A stretch of DNA of 64,000 nucleotides from Gemmatimonadaceae bacterium (GCA_036506035.1 DASXSL010000023.1:10-64009), one strand, 5' to 3'. Counted from the stretch's first letter, positions 19,994 to 29,728 are shown. The notes: a model not told the origin generated them from the letters alone. A program made the numbers and translations.

Positions 19994-20943
19994 CGTTCTT
20001 CGGCCTCTTGCTACTGCTGTTGCAGGCAGTAGCTCCACAGGGCCCGCCAAAAGCGGCGGACGGACTGCCGGTGCAAATGGGTTACCGGGTGAGTCCCGAT
20101 ACCGTGCTGATCGGCGAACCGTTCACGCTCTTCGTGAAGGTGTTGGCGCCAAAAGGCGTGCGGTTCGAGTTTCCCGCCGGGCCGGATACCACAACCCAGA
20201 ATGGTGTTCGACCAATCGAGCTGCGCGGTGAGAAGATCGTCACGATGCTCGGCGACACTGCAGTCGCTCTCTACCGTTTGACGGCGTGGGATGTCGGCAT
20301 CCAGCCGCTCAGATTTCCCGACGTAAGGGTCACGTTCGACGGTCAGGAGCGCCGTCCGACGCTCGGTGCCGCATCCGTGTTCGTCAGATCGGTCTTGCCG
20401 GCCGACACGACGCTGCGCGTACCGAAGCCGGCGCGCCCACTCATCGTGCTGCCGGTTATCAACTGGCTCCGCTGGCTCGCTCTCCTGGCTGCACTCGTTG
20501 CGATTGCGCTCGCCTGGTGGGCCTGGCGAAAGTACCGCAACCGGCCCAAGCCGCCCATCGATCCCTACGTACGCGCGCAGCAGGAATTCGCGCGGATCGA
20601 AGCGCGTCGCCTGCTGGAGACGGGCGAGCCGGAAGAATATCTCGCTGGAATGGTGGATGTGGTGCGCGAATATCTTGCGGCGCGCGTGCCCGGCGTCAGG
20701 CGGTCGGATACTACGAGTGAGCTGTTGCGAGCGATGAAGCCGCGCGACGGCGTCGAGGGCGAGCTCCCGATGCTGCTCGATCGAGCCGACATGGTGAAGT
20801 TTGCGCGGGCGGAAGTGTCGGTGGAGGAAGCGCGCGACGCCGGAGCCCGGCTTAGAGCGATCGTCGATTACGTCGAAGCTCGACTGAATCCTGAATCGGA
20901 ACCCGCGAGGCGAATGGCGGCGCTAAAGGAGCGCGCGGCGTGA
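19990..20943 (+). CDS. Bat-operon membrane-anchored accessory protein
   Basis: Signal peptide, Ig-like beta region and single TM; position between DUF58 and BatA. Confidence 0.65.
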   Translation: MTFFGLLLLLLQAVAPQGPPKAADGLPVQMGYRVSPDTVLIGEPFTLFVKVLAPKGVRFEFPAGPDTTTQNGVRPIELRGEKIVTMLGDTAVALYRLTAWDVGIQPLRFPDVRVTFDGQERRPTLGAASVFVRSVLPADTTLRVPKPARPLIVLPVINWLRWLALLAALVAIALAWWAWRKYRNRPKPPIDPYVRAQQEFARIEARRLLETGEPEEYLAGMVDVVREYLAARVPGVRRSDTTSELLRAMKPRDGVEGELPMLLDRADMVKFARAEVSVEEARDAGARLRAIVDYVEARLNPESEPARRMAALKERAA

Positions 20944-21935
20944 GCGTTTTCGGACTCTTCGAATTCTTCACACCCGAGGCGCTGTGGCTGCTGCTCCTGC
21001 TCCCAGCGTGGTGGCTGTGGAGACGGTTCCGCCGAAAGGACGCGATCGTCTTTTCGCGAACATCCGTGCTGGCCAGCGGTCCTCACGTCGGCGGATGGGT
21101 GCCGCCGACGATTTTCACGCTGCGAAATCTGGCGCTGGCATTTTTTATCATTGCGTTGGCTCGTCCCAGATCCGGCGCTCACACCGAGACCCAAACGAGT
21201 GAAGGAATCAACATCGTGCTGGCGATTGATTTGTCGAGCTCGATGCTGGCGCTCGATTTCCGTCCCAACAACCGGATCGAGGTAGCTAAGGCAAAGGTCA
21301 AACAGTTCATCGCCCGGCGAACGTCCGATCGGATCGGGATTGTGGCATTTGCCGGCGAGGCTTTGACGCAGGTTCCGCTGACCACCGATTACCCAGTCGT
21401 GATGCAGGCGGTGTCGAATCTTCAAGCCGGTCAGCTCGAGGATGGCACGGCGATCGGTAACGCGATCGCTACCGCGGCGAATCGGCTCCGCGATGCGCCA
21501 GGGAAATCGCGCGTTCTCATTCTGCTCACGGATGGCGTCAACAATCGCGGCAGCATCGAACCCCTGGTGGCCGCGAAGGCAGCCGAAGCGTACGGAATAA
21601 AGATCTACGGCATCGGTGTCGGCAGCGTCGGGATGGCGCCGGTGCCAGTCGGCAGAAATGCAGCCGGTGGGTTGCGGTACGAGTACCAGCCGGTGGAGAT
21701 CGACGAAGGTCTGCTAAGCAACATCGCGCGGATGACTGGCGGGAGATATTTCCGAGCGCGTGACGCTGCCGCGCTGCAGAACATTTACGCCTTTATCGAT
21801 CAGATGGAGCGCGCGCCGGTGCACTCGACCACGGTTGTGCGTTACCGGGAATTGTACCGTTGGCCGCTGACTCTCGGCCTGCTGGCTCTTCTCGCTGAGT
21901 TGGCGATCGTGGCGTGGAAGGCGCCGTTGCCGTGA
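20940..21935 (+). CDS. VWA domain protein, BatA-like
   Basis: MIDAS DLSSS, ALARP, QVPLTTD, LLTDG; N- and C-terminal TM. Confidence 0.88.
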   Translation: MSVFGLFEFFTPEALWLLLLLPAWWLWRRFRRKDAIVFSRTSVLASGPHVGGWVPPTIFTLRNLALAFFIIALARPRSGAHTETQTSEGINIVLAIDLSSSMLALDFRPNNRIEVAKAKVKQFIARRTSDRIGIVAFAGEALTQVPLTTDYPVVMQAVSNLQAGQLEDGTAIGNAIATAANRLRDAPGKSRVLILLTDGVNNRGSIEPLVAAKAAEAYGIKIYGIGVGSVGMAPVPVGRNAAGGLRYEYQPVEIDEGLLSNIARMTGGRYFRARDAAALQNIYAFIDQMERAPVHSTTVVRYRELYRWPLTLGLLALLAELAIVAWKAPLP

Positions 21936-23563
21936 CCATCGCCGACCTGTTTCGCTACATCCAATGGCCTTGGGCGCTGGCGCTCGCGATCGTGCTGCCG
22001 GTGATCGCCACCTGGCTGGTACGCTGGGGACTTCGTGCGCGCCGGCAGCGACTCGCTAAACTCGGCACTGCCTCGATGGTCGCTCGCCTGGCGCCTTCGG
22101 TGACGCAGCAGCGTACATGGTCGGCAATACTTCGCCTCGGTCTCGTGACGCTGCTGCTCGGCTTTGCCGTTGCCGGCCCCCGCTGGGGCGTCGAGCAGAC
22201 CGTCGTAAAACAGCTGGGCGTCGACGTTGTGCTGGCACTCGACGCGTCGCTCTCGATGTTGGCGACGGATGAGAAGCCGAGCCGGCTACAAGCGATGAAA
22301 CAGGAGATCGACCGCCTGCGCGATCTGTCTCCCGGTGATCGGTTTGCTCTGCTCGCCTTCGCCGGACGGAGCTACATCCTGACTCCCCTGACCGTCGACA
22401 ACAGCGCTCTCGATCTGTTTCTGCAGAACCTCGATCCCTCGATCGTTGGACAGGGCGGCAGCTCGCTCGCGAGTGCGCTGCGCCAGGCAACGAACCTTCT
22501 TGCCCTCAACAAATCACAGGGTGACAAAGCGATCATTCTCATGAGCGACGGCGAGGGCTTCGACAACCCCGACGAGGTTCTGGCAGAGGCAAAACGCGCC
22601 GGAGAGATGGGCTTCACGGTCATTACAGTTGGATTCGGAACCCGTGAGGGCTCGACGATTCCTGTCGTTGAAAACCGCGTCGTCACCCAAAAACGCGACG
22701 AAAACGGCAACATTGTAGTGACCCACTACGATCCCGCGCTGCTGAAGTCGATTGCGGATGAAGCCAAAGGGGTTTTCATCGATGCGCGAACTCCCGACAA
22801 GGCCGGAAAGATCCGGCTGGCGCTCAACAACCTGCATGCCAATCCTCGCTCGCTCGTTTCCGGAGAGAACCTCGGCGTTCAGTACCAGTGGTTCGTGCTG
22901 GCGGCGCTGATTTTCCTCGGGCTCGACACCTTTCTTCAGACCAAACGCCGCCGTCGCCGCGCTGTCGCCGCAGCTGCGACGACCGCTACGATGCTGTTGT
23001 TGACGACGACTTCCTGCAGAAGGCCCGAGCGAGACAAGCCGGGTATCGTCCTCTACAACCAGGGAACTACGCTGCTCATGCGCGACTCTCTGGTCGCGGC
23101 GATCCCTCCTCTCACCAAAATCGTCGACTCAAAGGATGCCGAGGTCCGGCATCACTCGCGATTCAATCTCGGTCTCGACTACCTGATTCAGGGACTTCGC
23201 GCCAAGGATTCCGCTGACGCACCACTCGACAGCGCACTCTATCGTTACAAGCAGATTCTCGAAGTTGCAGTTGCTGATTCCGACGCGCGTTGGAATTACG
23301 AATTGGCGCTCCGAGCGAAAAAAGGCGGAGGTGGCGGCGGAGGAGGTGGTGGTGGAGGTGGTGGCGGCGGTGGGCAGAGCAAGACCCCGACTCCGGTTCC
23401 CGCTCAGAGTCAGCAGCAGTCCAACGCTCCGAAACCCGTTCCTGGCATGACACCGCAGCAGGCGGAAGCAGTCCTCAACGCGGCAGAGGACAAGGAGACG
23501 GACATTCAGGGGAAACGACAAAAGAAAAACGTCCCCACTCCGCCGAGGGGTAAGGATTGGTAG
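21932..23563 (+). CDS. VWA domain protein BatB-like, fused to a TPR (BatC-like) region with poly-Gly linker
   Basis: MIDAS DASLS, AGPRWG, LMSDGE; TPR-like YNQG/FNLG/DARWNYELA; C-terminal KDW typical of BatC. Confidence 0.8.
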   Translation: MTIADLFRYIQWPWALALAIVLPVIATWLVRWGLRARRQRLAKLGTASMVARLAPSVTQQRTWSAILRLGLVTLLLGFAVAGPRWGVEQTVVKQLGVDVVLALDASLSMLATDEKPSRLQAMKQEIDRLRDLSPGDRFALLAFAGRSYILTPLTVDNSALDLFLQNLDPSIVGQGGSSLASALRQATNLLALNKSQGDKAIILMSDGEGFDNPDEVLAEAKRAGEMGFTVITVGFGTREGSTIPVVENRVVTQKRDENGNIVVTHYDPALLKSIADEAKGVFIDARTPDKAGKIRLALNNLHANPRSLVSGENLGVQYQWFVLAALIFLGLDTFLQTKRRRRRAVAAAATTATMLLLTTTSCRRPERDKPGIVLYNQGTTLLMRDSLVAAIPPLTKIVDSKDAEVRHHSRFNLGLDYLIQGLRAKDSADAPLDSALYRYKQILEVAVADSDARWNYELALRAKKGGGGGGGGGGGGGGGGGQSKTPTPVPAQSQQQSNAPKPVPGMTPQQAEAVLNAAEDKETDIQGKRQKKNVPTPPRGKDW

Positions 23564-23576
23564 TTTCGGTATCACC

Positions 23577-25334
23577 ATGCCGGTGATTTCCATTCTTCCG
23601 CCCGCCGTCGCAGACCAGATAGCCGCCGGCGAAGTCGTCGACCGCCCGTCTTCCGTCGTCAAGGAGCTCGTCGAAAACTCGATCGATGCCGGAGCGACGA
23701 CGATCGAGGTTTCGCTCGAGGACGGCGGTCGCAAACTGATTCGCGTCAGTGACGACGGTTCGGGCATGTCGCCCGATGACGTTCCACTCGCGCTCGCTCG
23801 TCATGGAACCTCTAAGATCAGGCAGGCATCGGATCTCGTTGGTGTCTCGACGTTTGGTTTTAGAGGGGAGGCCCTTCCGGCGATCGTATCCGTTTCGATT
23901 TTCGAGATCGAGACGGCAGCAACGGATGGTGAGGGAACGTCAACGAAAGTGACAGGTGGTAAAATCTCGCCGGCCGAGCGAATAGCGCGCCGGCAAGGAA
24001 CGACCGTCACCGTCGGCCAGTTGTTTTACAACGTGCCTGCGCGTTTGAAGTTCCTGCGCAGCTCACGCTCCGAGTGGAGGAGCGCCGTTGAGTCGCTGAC
24101 GGCACTCGCTCTTACTCAACCCGGAATTCGAATTCACCTGTCGCACGACGGTCGCAATGCCTTGATGCTGCCGCCCGTAACGAGTGTCCGGTCCCGCCTC
24201 GGCGCGATTTGGGGAGGACGGTACGCCGAGGAACTGCTCGACGTTGACGACGTGTCCGGTGTCGTTCACACGACTGGCTTGGTACAGCGACCTGGAGATG
24301 TGGGGACCTCGGCCCGGCGCGTGTTCCTCTCCGTCAACGGCAGGGCGGTGCGTGACGCCGGAATCGCACGCGCAGTCGAAGCGGCCTATCGGTCGACGAT
24401 CGTTGCGGGTGTTCGCCCATCGTTTTTCCTGAATGTGACTCTTCCCGCTGATATGGTTGATGTGAACGTCCATCCGGCGAAAGCGGAGGTTCGTTTCCGC
24501 GATCGCTGGCCGGTGGAGCGGGCCGTCGAGGCTGCGGTGAGACGAGCGCTGGGGACGTTCGACAGCGCGGCATCGCTCGGCTTCCGTCCAGCGGCGTTCA
24601 GCTTTCGGCCAGGGACTTCGGCCCCGGTCGTTGATGCGGAAATCCTGCGCAGGCAGCCAGGCTATGAGTCTCCGCTCTTCGCCATCGACGCGGGTGCGAC
24701 TGAAAGCGCCCCTGAAGAATACGCAGCCGTCGCTTCTGCCGACGTGGAACCAGTGCCGCCCGAGGTCATTCCTCCTCTCGTCCAGCTGCGCCGCACGTAC
24801 ATCGCTTTCGAGCACGAGGACGGTTTGGTCCTGATCGATCAGCATTCAGCACACGAGCGAGTTCTGTACGAGCAGTTCATGCACACGCTCGAGAGCGGTA
24901 CAGCCCCGGCGCAGCGTCTCCTGCTTCCGCTCACCCTTCATCTCGGACCAGCGGAAGGAGAGGCCTTCGACGTCAACCGTGAATACCTGGAGCGACTTGG
25001 CTTCGAGGTCGAAGGCTTTGGTGGTCACACGCTGATCGTGAACACCGTTCCGATGCCGCACGCGCGGTTCGACGCCGAGCGGTGTCTGAGGGAGACACTC
25101 GATGCTCTTACAGGTGACAGGGTAGCCGGAGCGGCAGCGAAACACGAGCGCCTTGCCGCGACCGTCGCGTGCAAAGCTGCTATCAAGGCCGGCGAGGAGC
25201 TGTCTCAGGCGGAGATGCGCTCGCTCTTCGCTGCGCTGCGTGACACCACACTGCCGGCACACGATGTCCACGGTCGGTCCACGATAGTCCATCTCACCTG
25301 GGACGAGGTCGAACGCCGCTTTGGCCGCCGATAA
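23577..25334 (+). CDS. mutL: DNA mismatch repair protein MutL
   Basis: IAAGEVV, KELVENSIDAG, GFRGEAL, DVNVHP, endonuclease motif DQHSAHER, CKAA. Confidence 0.97.
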   Translation: MPVISILPPAVADQIAAGEVVDRPSSVVKELVENSIDAGATTIEVSLEDGGRKLIRVSDDGSGMSPDDVPLALARHGTSKIRQASDLVGVSTFGFRGEALPAIVSVSIFEIETAATDGEGTSTKVTGGKISPAERIARRQGTTVTVGQLFYNVPARLKFLRSSRSEWRSAVESLTALALTQPGIRIHLSHDGRNALMLPPVTSVRSRLGAIWGGRYAEELLDVDDVSGVVHTTGLVQRPGDVGTSARRVFLSVNGRAVRDAGIARAVEAAYRSTIVAGVRPSFFLNVTLPADMVDVNVHPAKAEVRFRDRWPVERAVEAAVRRALGTFDSAASLGFRPAAFSFRPGTSAPVVDAEILRRQPGYESPLFAIDAGATESAPEEYAAVASADVEPVPPEVIPPLVQLRRTYIAFEHEDGLVLIDQHSAHERVLYEQFMHTLESGTAPAQRLLLPLTLHLGPAEGEAFDVNREYLERLGFEVEGFGGHTLIVNTVPMPHARFDAERCLRETLDALTGDRVAGAAAKHERLAATVACKAAIKAGEELSQAEMRSLFAALRDTTLPAHDVHGRSTIVHLTWDEVERRFGRR

Positions 25335-26244
25335 GCTGCGGATCATCTGCGGGCCGACCGGGGCGGGGAAGTCCGGAATCGCACTGGAGCTGGCAGAGAC
25401 GCATGATGCCGCGATAGTCAGCGCTGATTCGCGTCAGATCTATTGCTACTTCGACATCGGCACCGCCAAACCTTCCCGACAGGAGTGCGCGAGAGTCACT
25501 CATTACGGAGTCGACGTCGCGGAACCGACGGAGCGCTATTCTGCGGCGAGGTGGGCCAACGAGGCCGACGAATGGCTGGAGAGCGCGGCGGAGATCGAGA
25601 AAAATCCAATCGTGGTCGGTGGAACGGGCCTCTATATCAGAGCGTTGGTCGAGCCATTGTTCACCGCGCCCGAGGTCGACCCAGTCCAACGCGCTCAGCT
25701 CGAGAGCGAGCTCGAAGAGAAATCTTTGGGCGAGCTGCGAGTCTGGTGCCGCAGACTCGATCCAGCGCGCGCGCACCTTGGCCGAACGCAGCTGATGCGA
25801 GCGATCGAGACAGTGCTACTCGCCGGAGTGCGCATCAGTGACTTGCACGCCGAGCACAAAGCGACCGGGTCGAGCGGAACTGAAGCGGAGGCGGCTTACC
25901 TCGTCGTCGATCCAGGTGACACCCTCGCCGCGCACATCGAGACTCGCGTTGATGCGATGCTCAAGGCAGGCTGGGCCGACGAGATTCGCGAGCTGACTGA
26001 CGCGGTTGCGCCCGACGCACCGGCGTGGAGGGCAAGCGGATACGAGGCGATGCGCGACCACGTCGAGGGGAGATGCGATTTGTCAACGGCACGTCAGCGG
26101 GTCATTATTGAGACGCGACAGTACGCAAAGCGACAGCGTACGTGGTTTCGACATCAGCTGCCGGAAGCGGCCGTCACACGCGTAAATCCTGAAGACTCTC
26201 AAGCCCGTGCCGTTGTGCGAGAGTGGTGGGAGAGAGCTGAGTGA
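25321..26244 (+). CDS. miaA: tRNA dimethylallyltransferase
   Basis: GPTGAGKS, DSRQIY, IGTAKP, GGTGLY, YAKRQRTWF. Confidence 0.96.
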   Translation: MAADKLRIICGPTGAGKSGIALELAETHDAAIVSADSRQIYCYFDIGTAKPSRQECARVTHYGVDVAEPTERYSAARWANEADEWLESAAEIEKNPIVVGGTGLYIRALVEPLFTAPEVDPVQRAQLESELEEKSLGELRVWCRRLDPARAHLGRTQLMRAIETVLLAGVRISDLHAEHKATGSSGTEAEAAYLVVDPGDTLAAHIETRVDAMLKAGWADEIRELTDAVAPDAPAWRASGYEAMRDHVEGRCDLSTARQRVIIETRQYAKRQRTWFRHQLPEAAVTRVNPEDSQARAVVREWWERAE

Positions 26245-27380
26245 AGATTGGCATCACCTGTTACCCGACCTACGGCGGGTCCGGCGCGGTTGCAACCGAG
26301 CTCGGTATCGCGCTGGCAGAACGCGGCCACGAAGTCCACTTCATCACCTATCGGCAGCCGTTTCGACTGCCGTCGTTTTTGCCGCGCATCTTCTTCCACG
26401 AAGTCGACGTTGGACGCTACCCGCTTTTCGAGTTTCCGCCGTACGACCTGGCGCTGGCGGTACGCATGCACGAGGTGGTGCAAACGCATGGCCTGGAGCT
26501 GCTGCACTGTCACTACGCGATTCCCCACGCGGCGAGCGCGTGGATTGCGCGCGAAATGCTGCACGAAACTGGTCAGGACGTTCACGTCATCACTACGCTC
26601 CACGGTACGGACATCACCATCGTTGGCCAGGATCCGTCATTCTATCCGATTACCAAATTCTCCATCGAGAAATCGGATCGCATAACAGCGGTCTCCCAAT
26701 ATCTGTTGGAGGAGACCTGCCGCGCATTCGGGTGCGAGGGCCCGGCGATCGAAGTGATTCACAACTTCATCGATCCCGCCATCTACAACCGGGACAAATA
26801 TCCTCCGCTGCTGAAAAAGGAATTCGGGGCGACGAAGCCAATCCTGATGCACGTCTCGAACTTTCGCACCGTGAAACGCGTGCGCGATGTCATTCGCATC
26901 TATGCCGAAGTGAATCGTGAGGTGCCGAGCGTGTTGGTGATGATAGGTGATGGACCCGATCGCCCGGCCGCAGAGGAAGAATCTCGACTTCTCGGCGTCG
27001 AGAATTCCGTCTCGTTCCTCGGCAAGCTCGATCAGATCGCGCCACTGCTGGCGGCCGCTGACCTGTTCCTGCTGCCGAGTCAAAGCGAATCATTCGGATT
27101 GAGCGCGCTCGAAGCGCTTGCGTCGGGGGTGCCGGTCATTGGCACCAATGCCGGGGGCCTTCCTGAAGTTATCCGCGATGGTGAGACCGGCTTTCTTTGC
27201 GGCATCGGCGACATTCCTGGGATGGCTGCCGCGGCGTTGGGTATCCTCAAGGACCGCCAGCGCTGGGAAGCAATGAGCAAGCTTGCGGCAGCGGACGCGC
27301 GCGAGCGGTTCGCACGGGACGCAATCGTCACCAAGTACGAGTCTCTTTATCGAACATCACTCCCAGCCGGCAAATCATGA
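26241..27380 (+). CDS. bshA: N-acetyl-alpha-D-glucosaminyl L-malate synthase (bacillithiol biosynthesis)
   Basis: MKIGITCYPTYGGSG, HYAIPHA, TTLHGTD, SNFRTVKR, ESFGL. Confidence 0.92.
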   Translation: MKIGITCYPTYGGSGAVATELGIALAERGHEVHFITYRQPFRLPSFLPRIFFHEVDVGRYPLFEFPPYDLALAVRMHEVVQTHGLELLHCHYAIPHAASAWIAREMLHETGQDVHVITTLHGTDITIVGQDPSFYPITKFSIEKSDRITAVSQYLLEETCRAFGCEGPAIEVIHNFIDPAIYNRDKYPPLLKKEFGATKPILMHVSNFRTVKRVRDVIRIYAEVNREVPSVLVMIGDGPDRPAAEEESRLLGVENSVSFLGKLDQIAPLLAAADLFLLPSQSESFGLSALEALASGVPVIGTNAGGLPEVIRDGETGFLCGIGDIPGMAAAALGILKDRQRWEAMSKLAAADARERFARDAIVTKYESLYRTSLPAGKS

Positions 27381-28180
27381 CACCACTCCAGGCCATCGCG
27401 CTCGGCATCATACAGGGTCTTTCCGAGTTTCTGCCGATCAGCAGCTCGGGCCATTTGGCGCTTGCACCCTGGTTATTCGGCTGGGAGGATCCGGGGCTCG
27501 CCTTCGACGTCGCGCTGCATTTCGGGACATTGCTCGCCGTACTCTGGTACTTTCGCATGGAATGGCTGCAGCTGATCAAAGCAGCGTTTGGAATAATCAC
27601 CACGGGCAGAATTGAGACGCCGGAGAAGCGACGCGTCGTCTATCTGATCGTCGCTACGATTCCCGGAGCCATCGGCGGTTTTCTGCTGCAGTCGAAAGCG
27701 GAATCCGCCTTTCGCAGCCCGCAGCTTATCGCGATCGCACTCATCGTCCTGGGCATAATTCTGTGGCTCGTGGACAAAGCGGTCGACCAACGACGCATCC
27801 TCGGCGAGATGCGATGGATCGACTCACTGCTGATCGGACTTTCACAGGTGATCGCGCTCATCCCCGGCGTGTCGCGGTCGGGCTCGACGATCACCACCGC
27901 GCGCGGCCTCCGCTTCGATCGAGAGAGCGCCGCTGAATTCAGCTTTCTCATGAGCATGCCCATCATTGCCGCGGCAGTCATCCTCGAGGGTCCAAAGGCG
28001 CTGCAGGAAGGAGGGATTACCAACGAGTTGATGTCGGGTGTCGTTGCGTCGGCAATAAGTGGCTGGCTCGCCATCTCCATTCTGATGCGCTACGTGAGCA
28101 GACATAGCTACGGCATTTTTGCCTTTTATCGCGTCGCGCTTGGAATCGCTGTTCTGGCGGTGATTTACGCCCGCGGCTAG
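27377..28180 (+). CDS. uppP: Undecaprenyl-diphosphate phosphatase
   Basis: QGLSEFLPISSSGH and PGVSRSG; ATGA overlap with bshA. Confidence 0.95.
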   Translation: MTPLQAIALGIIQGLSEFLPISSSGHLALAPWLFGWEDPGLAFDVALHFGTLLAVLWYFRMEWLQLIKAAFGIITTGRIETPEKRRVVYLIVATIPGAIGGFLLQSKAESAFRSPQLIAIALIVLGIILWLVDKAVDQRRILGEMRWIDSLLIGLSQVIALIPGVSRSGSTITTARGLRFDRESAAEFSFLMSMPIIAAAVILEGPKALQEGGITNELMSGVVASAISGWLAISILMRYVSRHSYGIFAFYRVALGIAVLAVIYARG

Positions 28181-28922
28181 CGAAGTACGCTTTGACGGTG
28201 CGACCAGCGAGCAGCTCGAGCGCGCGCTGGACCTGCCCCGCGTCGAGCTGCTCGAGTCGACGACATCAACGATCGACGTCGCGCACCGCCTAGCCAGTCA
28301 GGGAGCGCCGGCCGGTACGCTCGTCATCGCCAATGAGCAGACCGCTGGCCGAGGCCGAGACGGCAAGAGCTGGCAGTCGTCGGCGGGAGCGGGACTCTGG
28401 CTCACTCTGATCGAGCGGCCGAAGGATCCGTCCGGACTCGGTGTACTCTCACTCCGTGTGGGGCTCGTTGCGGCGGAAGCGCTGGATCGATTTGCATCCG
28501 AACCGATTCGACTGAAATGGCCCAACGATCTTTACGTCGATCAGGGCAAACTCGCCGGGATCCTGGTGGAGGCACGGTGGCGTGAGGCGACCGTCGAGTG
28601 GGTGGCGATCGGACTTGGCGTCAACGTTCGGGCGCCGGATAACGTCGAAGGGGCCGCGGGGCTGGAGCCAGGAACCGATCGGCTCGATGTACTGGGCGAG
28701 CTCATACCGGGAATCCACGCGGCGGTACGCGCAACAGGCCACCTGACGAACCCGGAGTTGGAAGAGTTCAATGCGCGCGACCTTGCTCGCGGAAAGATGT
28801 GCGTCCAGCCGGCGCTGGGGAGAGTGGCCGGAATATCTGCCACCGGTGAGCTGCTCGTCGCGATGGCTGATTCGGTGACGCCCTTCCGCTCGGGCTCGCT
28901 GGTGCTGGAGGAATTGCCCTGA
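28167..28922 (+). CDS. birA: Biotin--protein ligase (no HTH domain); start codon non-canonical or uncertain
   Basis: The frame is open from 28164 and encodes STTSTID, QTAGRGRDGKSW, LKWPNDL, KLAGIL, GLGVN. There is no ATG/GTG/TTG between the stop at 28161 and 28458. Confidence 0.85.
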   Translation, partial: TPAASEVRFDGATSEQLERALDLPRVELLESTTSTIDVAHRLASQGAPAGTLVIANEQTAGRGRDGKSWQSSAGAGLWLTLIERPKDPSGLGVLSLRVGLVAAEALDRFASEPIRLKWPNDLYVDQGKLAGILVEARWREATVEWVAIGLGVNVRAPDNVEGAAGLEPGTDRLDVLGELIPGIHAAVRATGHLTNPELEEFNARDLARGKMCVQPALGRVAGISATGELLVAMADSVTPFRSGSLVLEELP

Positions 28923-29692
28923 TAGTCGCGTTCGACGTCGGCAACTCCGAGATCACCATCGGCACCTTCGAGGGTGAGGAGCTGACATCACATTGGCGGC
29001 TCACGACGGCGGCGCCACGTACGGCCGACGAATTGGCGCTGCTGATACGCTCGATCGTGGGACCCGAGGTTACATCACCGGGCGGCGCGGAGGGATCCGC
29101 GATCTGTTCCGTGGTTCCGGCGATTACTCCAATGCTTGCCGAAGCTTGTGAGATGAGTTTCGGTGCCAAGCCGGTGATGGTTGACGCGCGCGCGAATCTA
29201 CCGATCAAGCTTGATGTCGAGGAGCCGTTCACTGTTGGAGCTGACCGGATCGCCAACACATTGGCGGCGAGCCGGATCCACAAGCGCGACGCGATCGTCG
29301 TCGACCTTGGCACCGCCACGACCTATGATTGCATCACCGCCGATGGAACCTTCCTCGGCGGCGTCATCCAGCCCGGGATCATGATCTCGGCGGACACTCT
29401 CTTTCGGCGGACGGCACAACTTCCCGCCACCGACATCGTTCCGCCGCGGCGAGTGATTGCCCGCCGAACTGACGAATGCATAAGGGCGGGGGTTCTTTAC
29501 GGGGCGGTGGACTCGATCGACGGGATCGTGCGCCGAATCAAGAGGGAGTGGCCGGGGAAGGACAGCCCGCTCGTTATTGCCACCGGCGGTATGGCCGAGA
29601 CGATCATGCCACATTCTGCCGAGCTGGAAGTCGTGGACTCCTTCCTGACCCTAAAGGGCATCCGCATCGCCTACGCGCTACTAACAGCCTGA
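28919..29692 (+). CDS. coaX: Type III pantothenate kinase, probable CTG start
   Basis: Frame reads (L)IVAFDVGNSEITIG, then SVVP, GADRIAN, VDLGTATT, IATGG. GGAGGA at 28907-28912 lies 6 nt before CTG 28919. Confidence 0.92.
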   Translation: MIVAFDVGNSEITIGTFEGEELTSHWRLTTAAPRTADELALLIRSIVGPEVTSPGGAEGSAICSVVPAITPMLAEACEMSFGAKPVMVDARANLPIKLDVEEPFTVGADRIANTLAASRIHKRDAIVVDLGTATTYDCITADGTFLGGVIQPGIMISADTLFRRTAQLPATDIVPPRRVIARRTDECIRAGVLYGAVDSIDGIVRRIKREWPGKDSPLVIATGGMAETIMPHSAELEVVDSFLTLKGIRIAYALLTA

Positions 29693-29728
29693 CCGGCAAT
29701 CGGGTGATTAGTGTGGGGTGTTTCCGGG

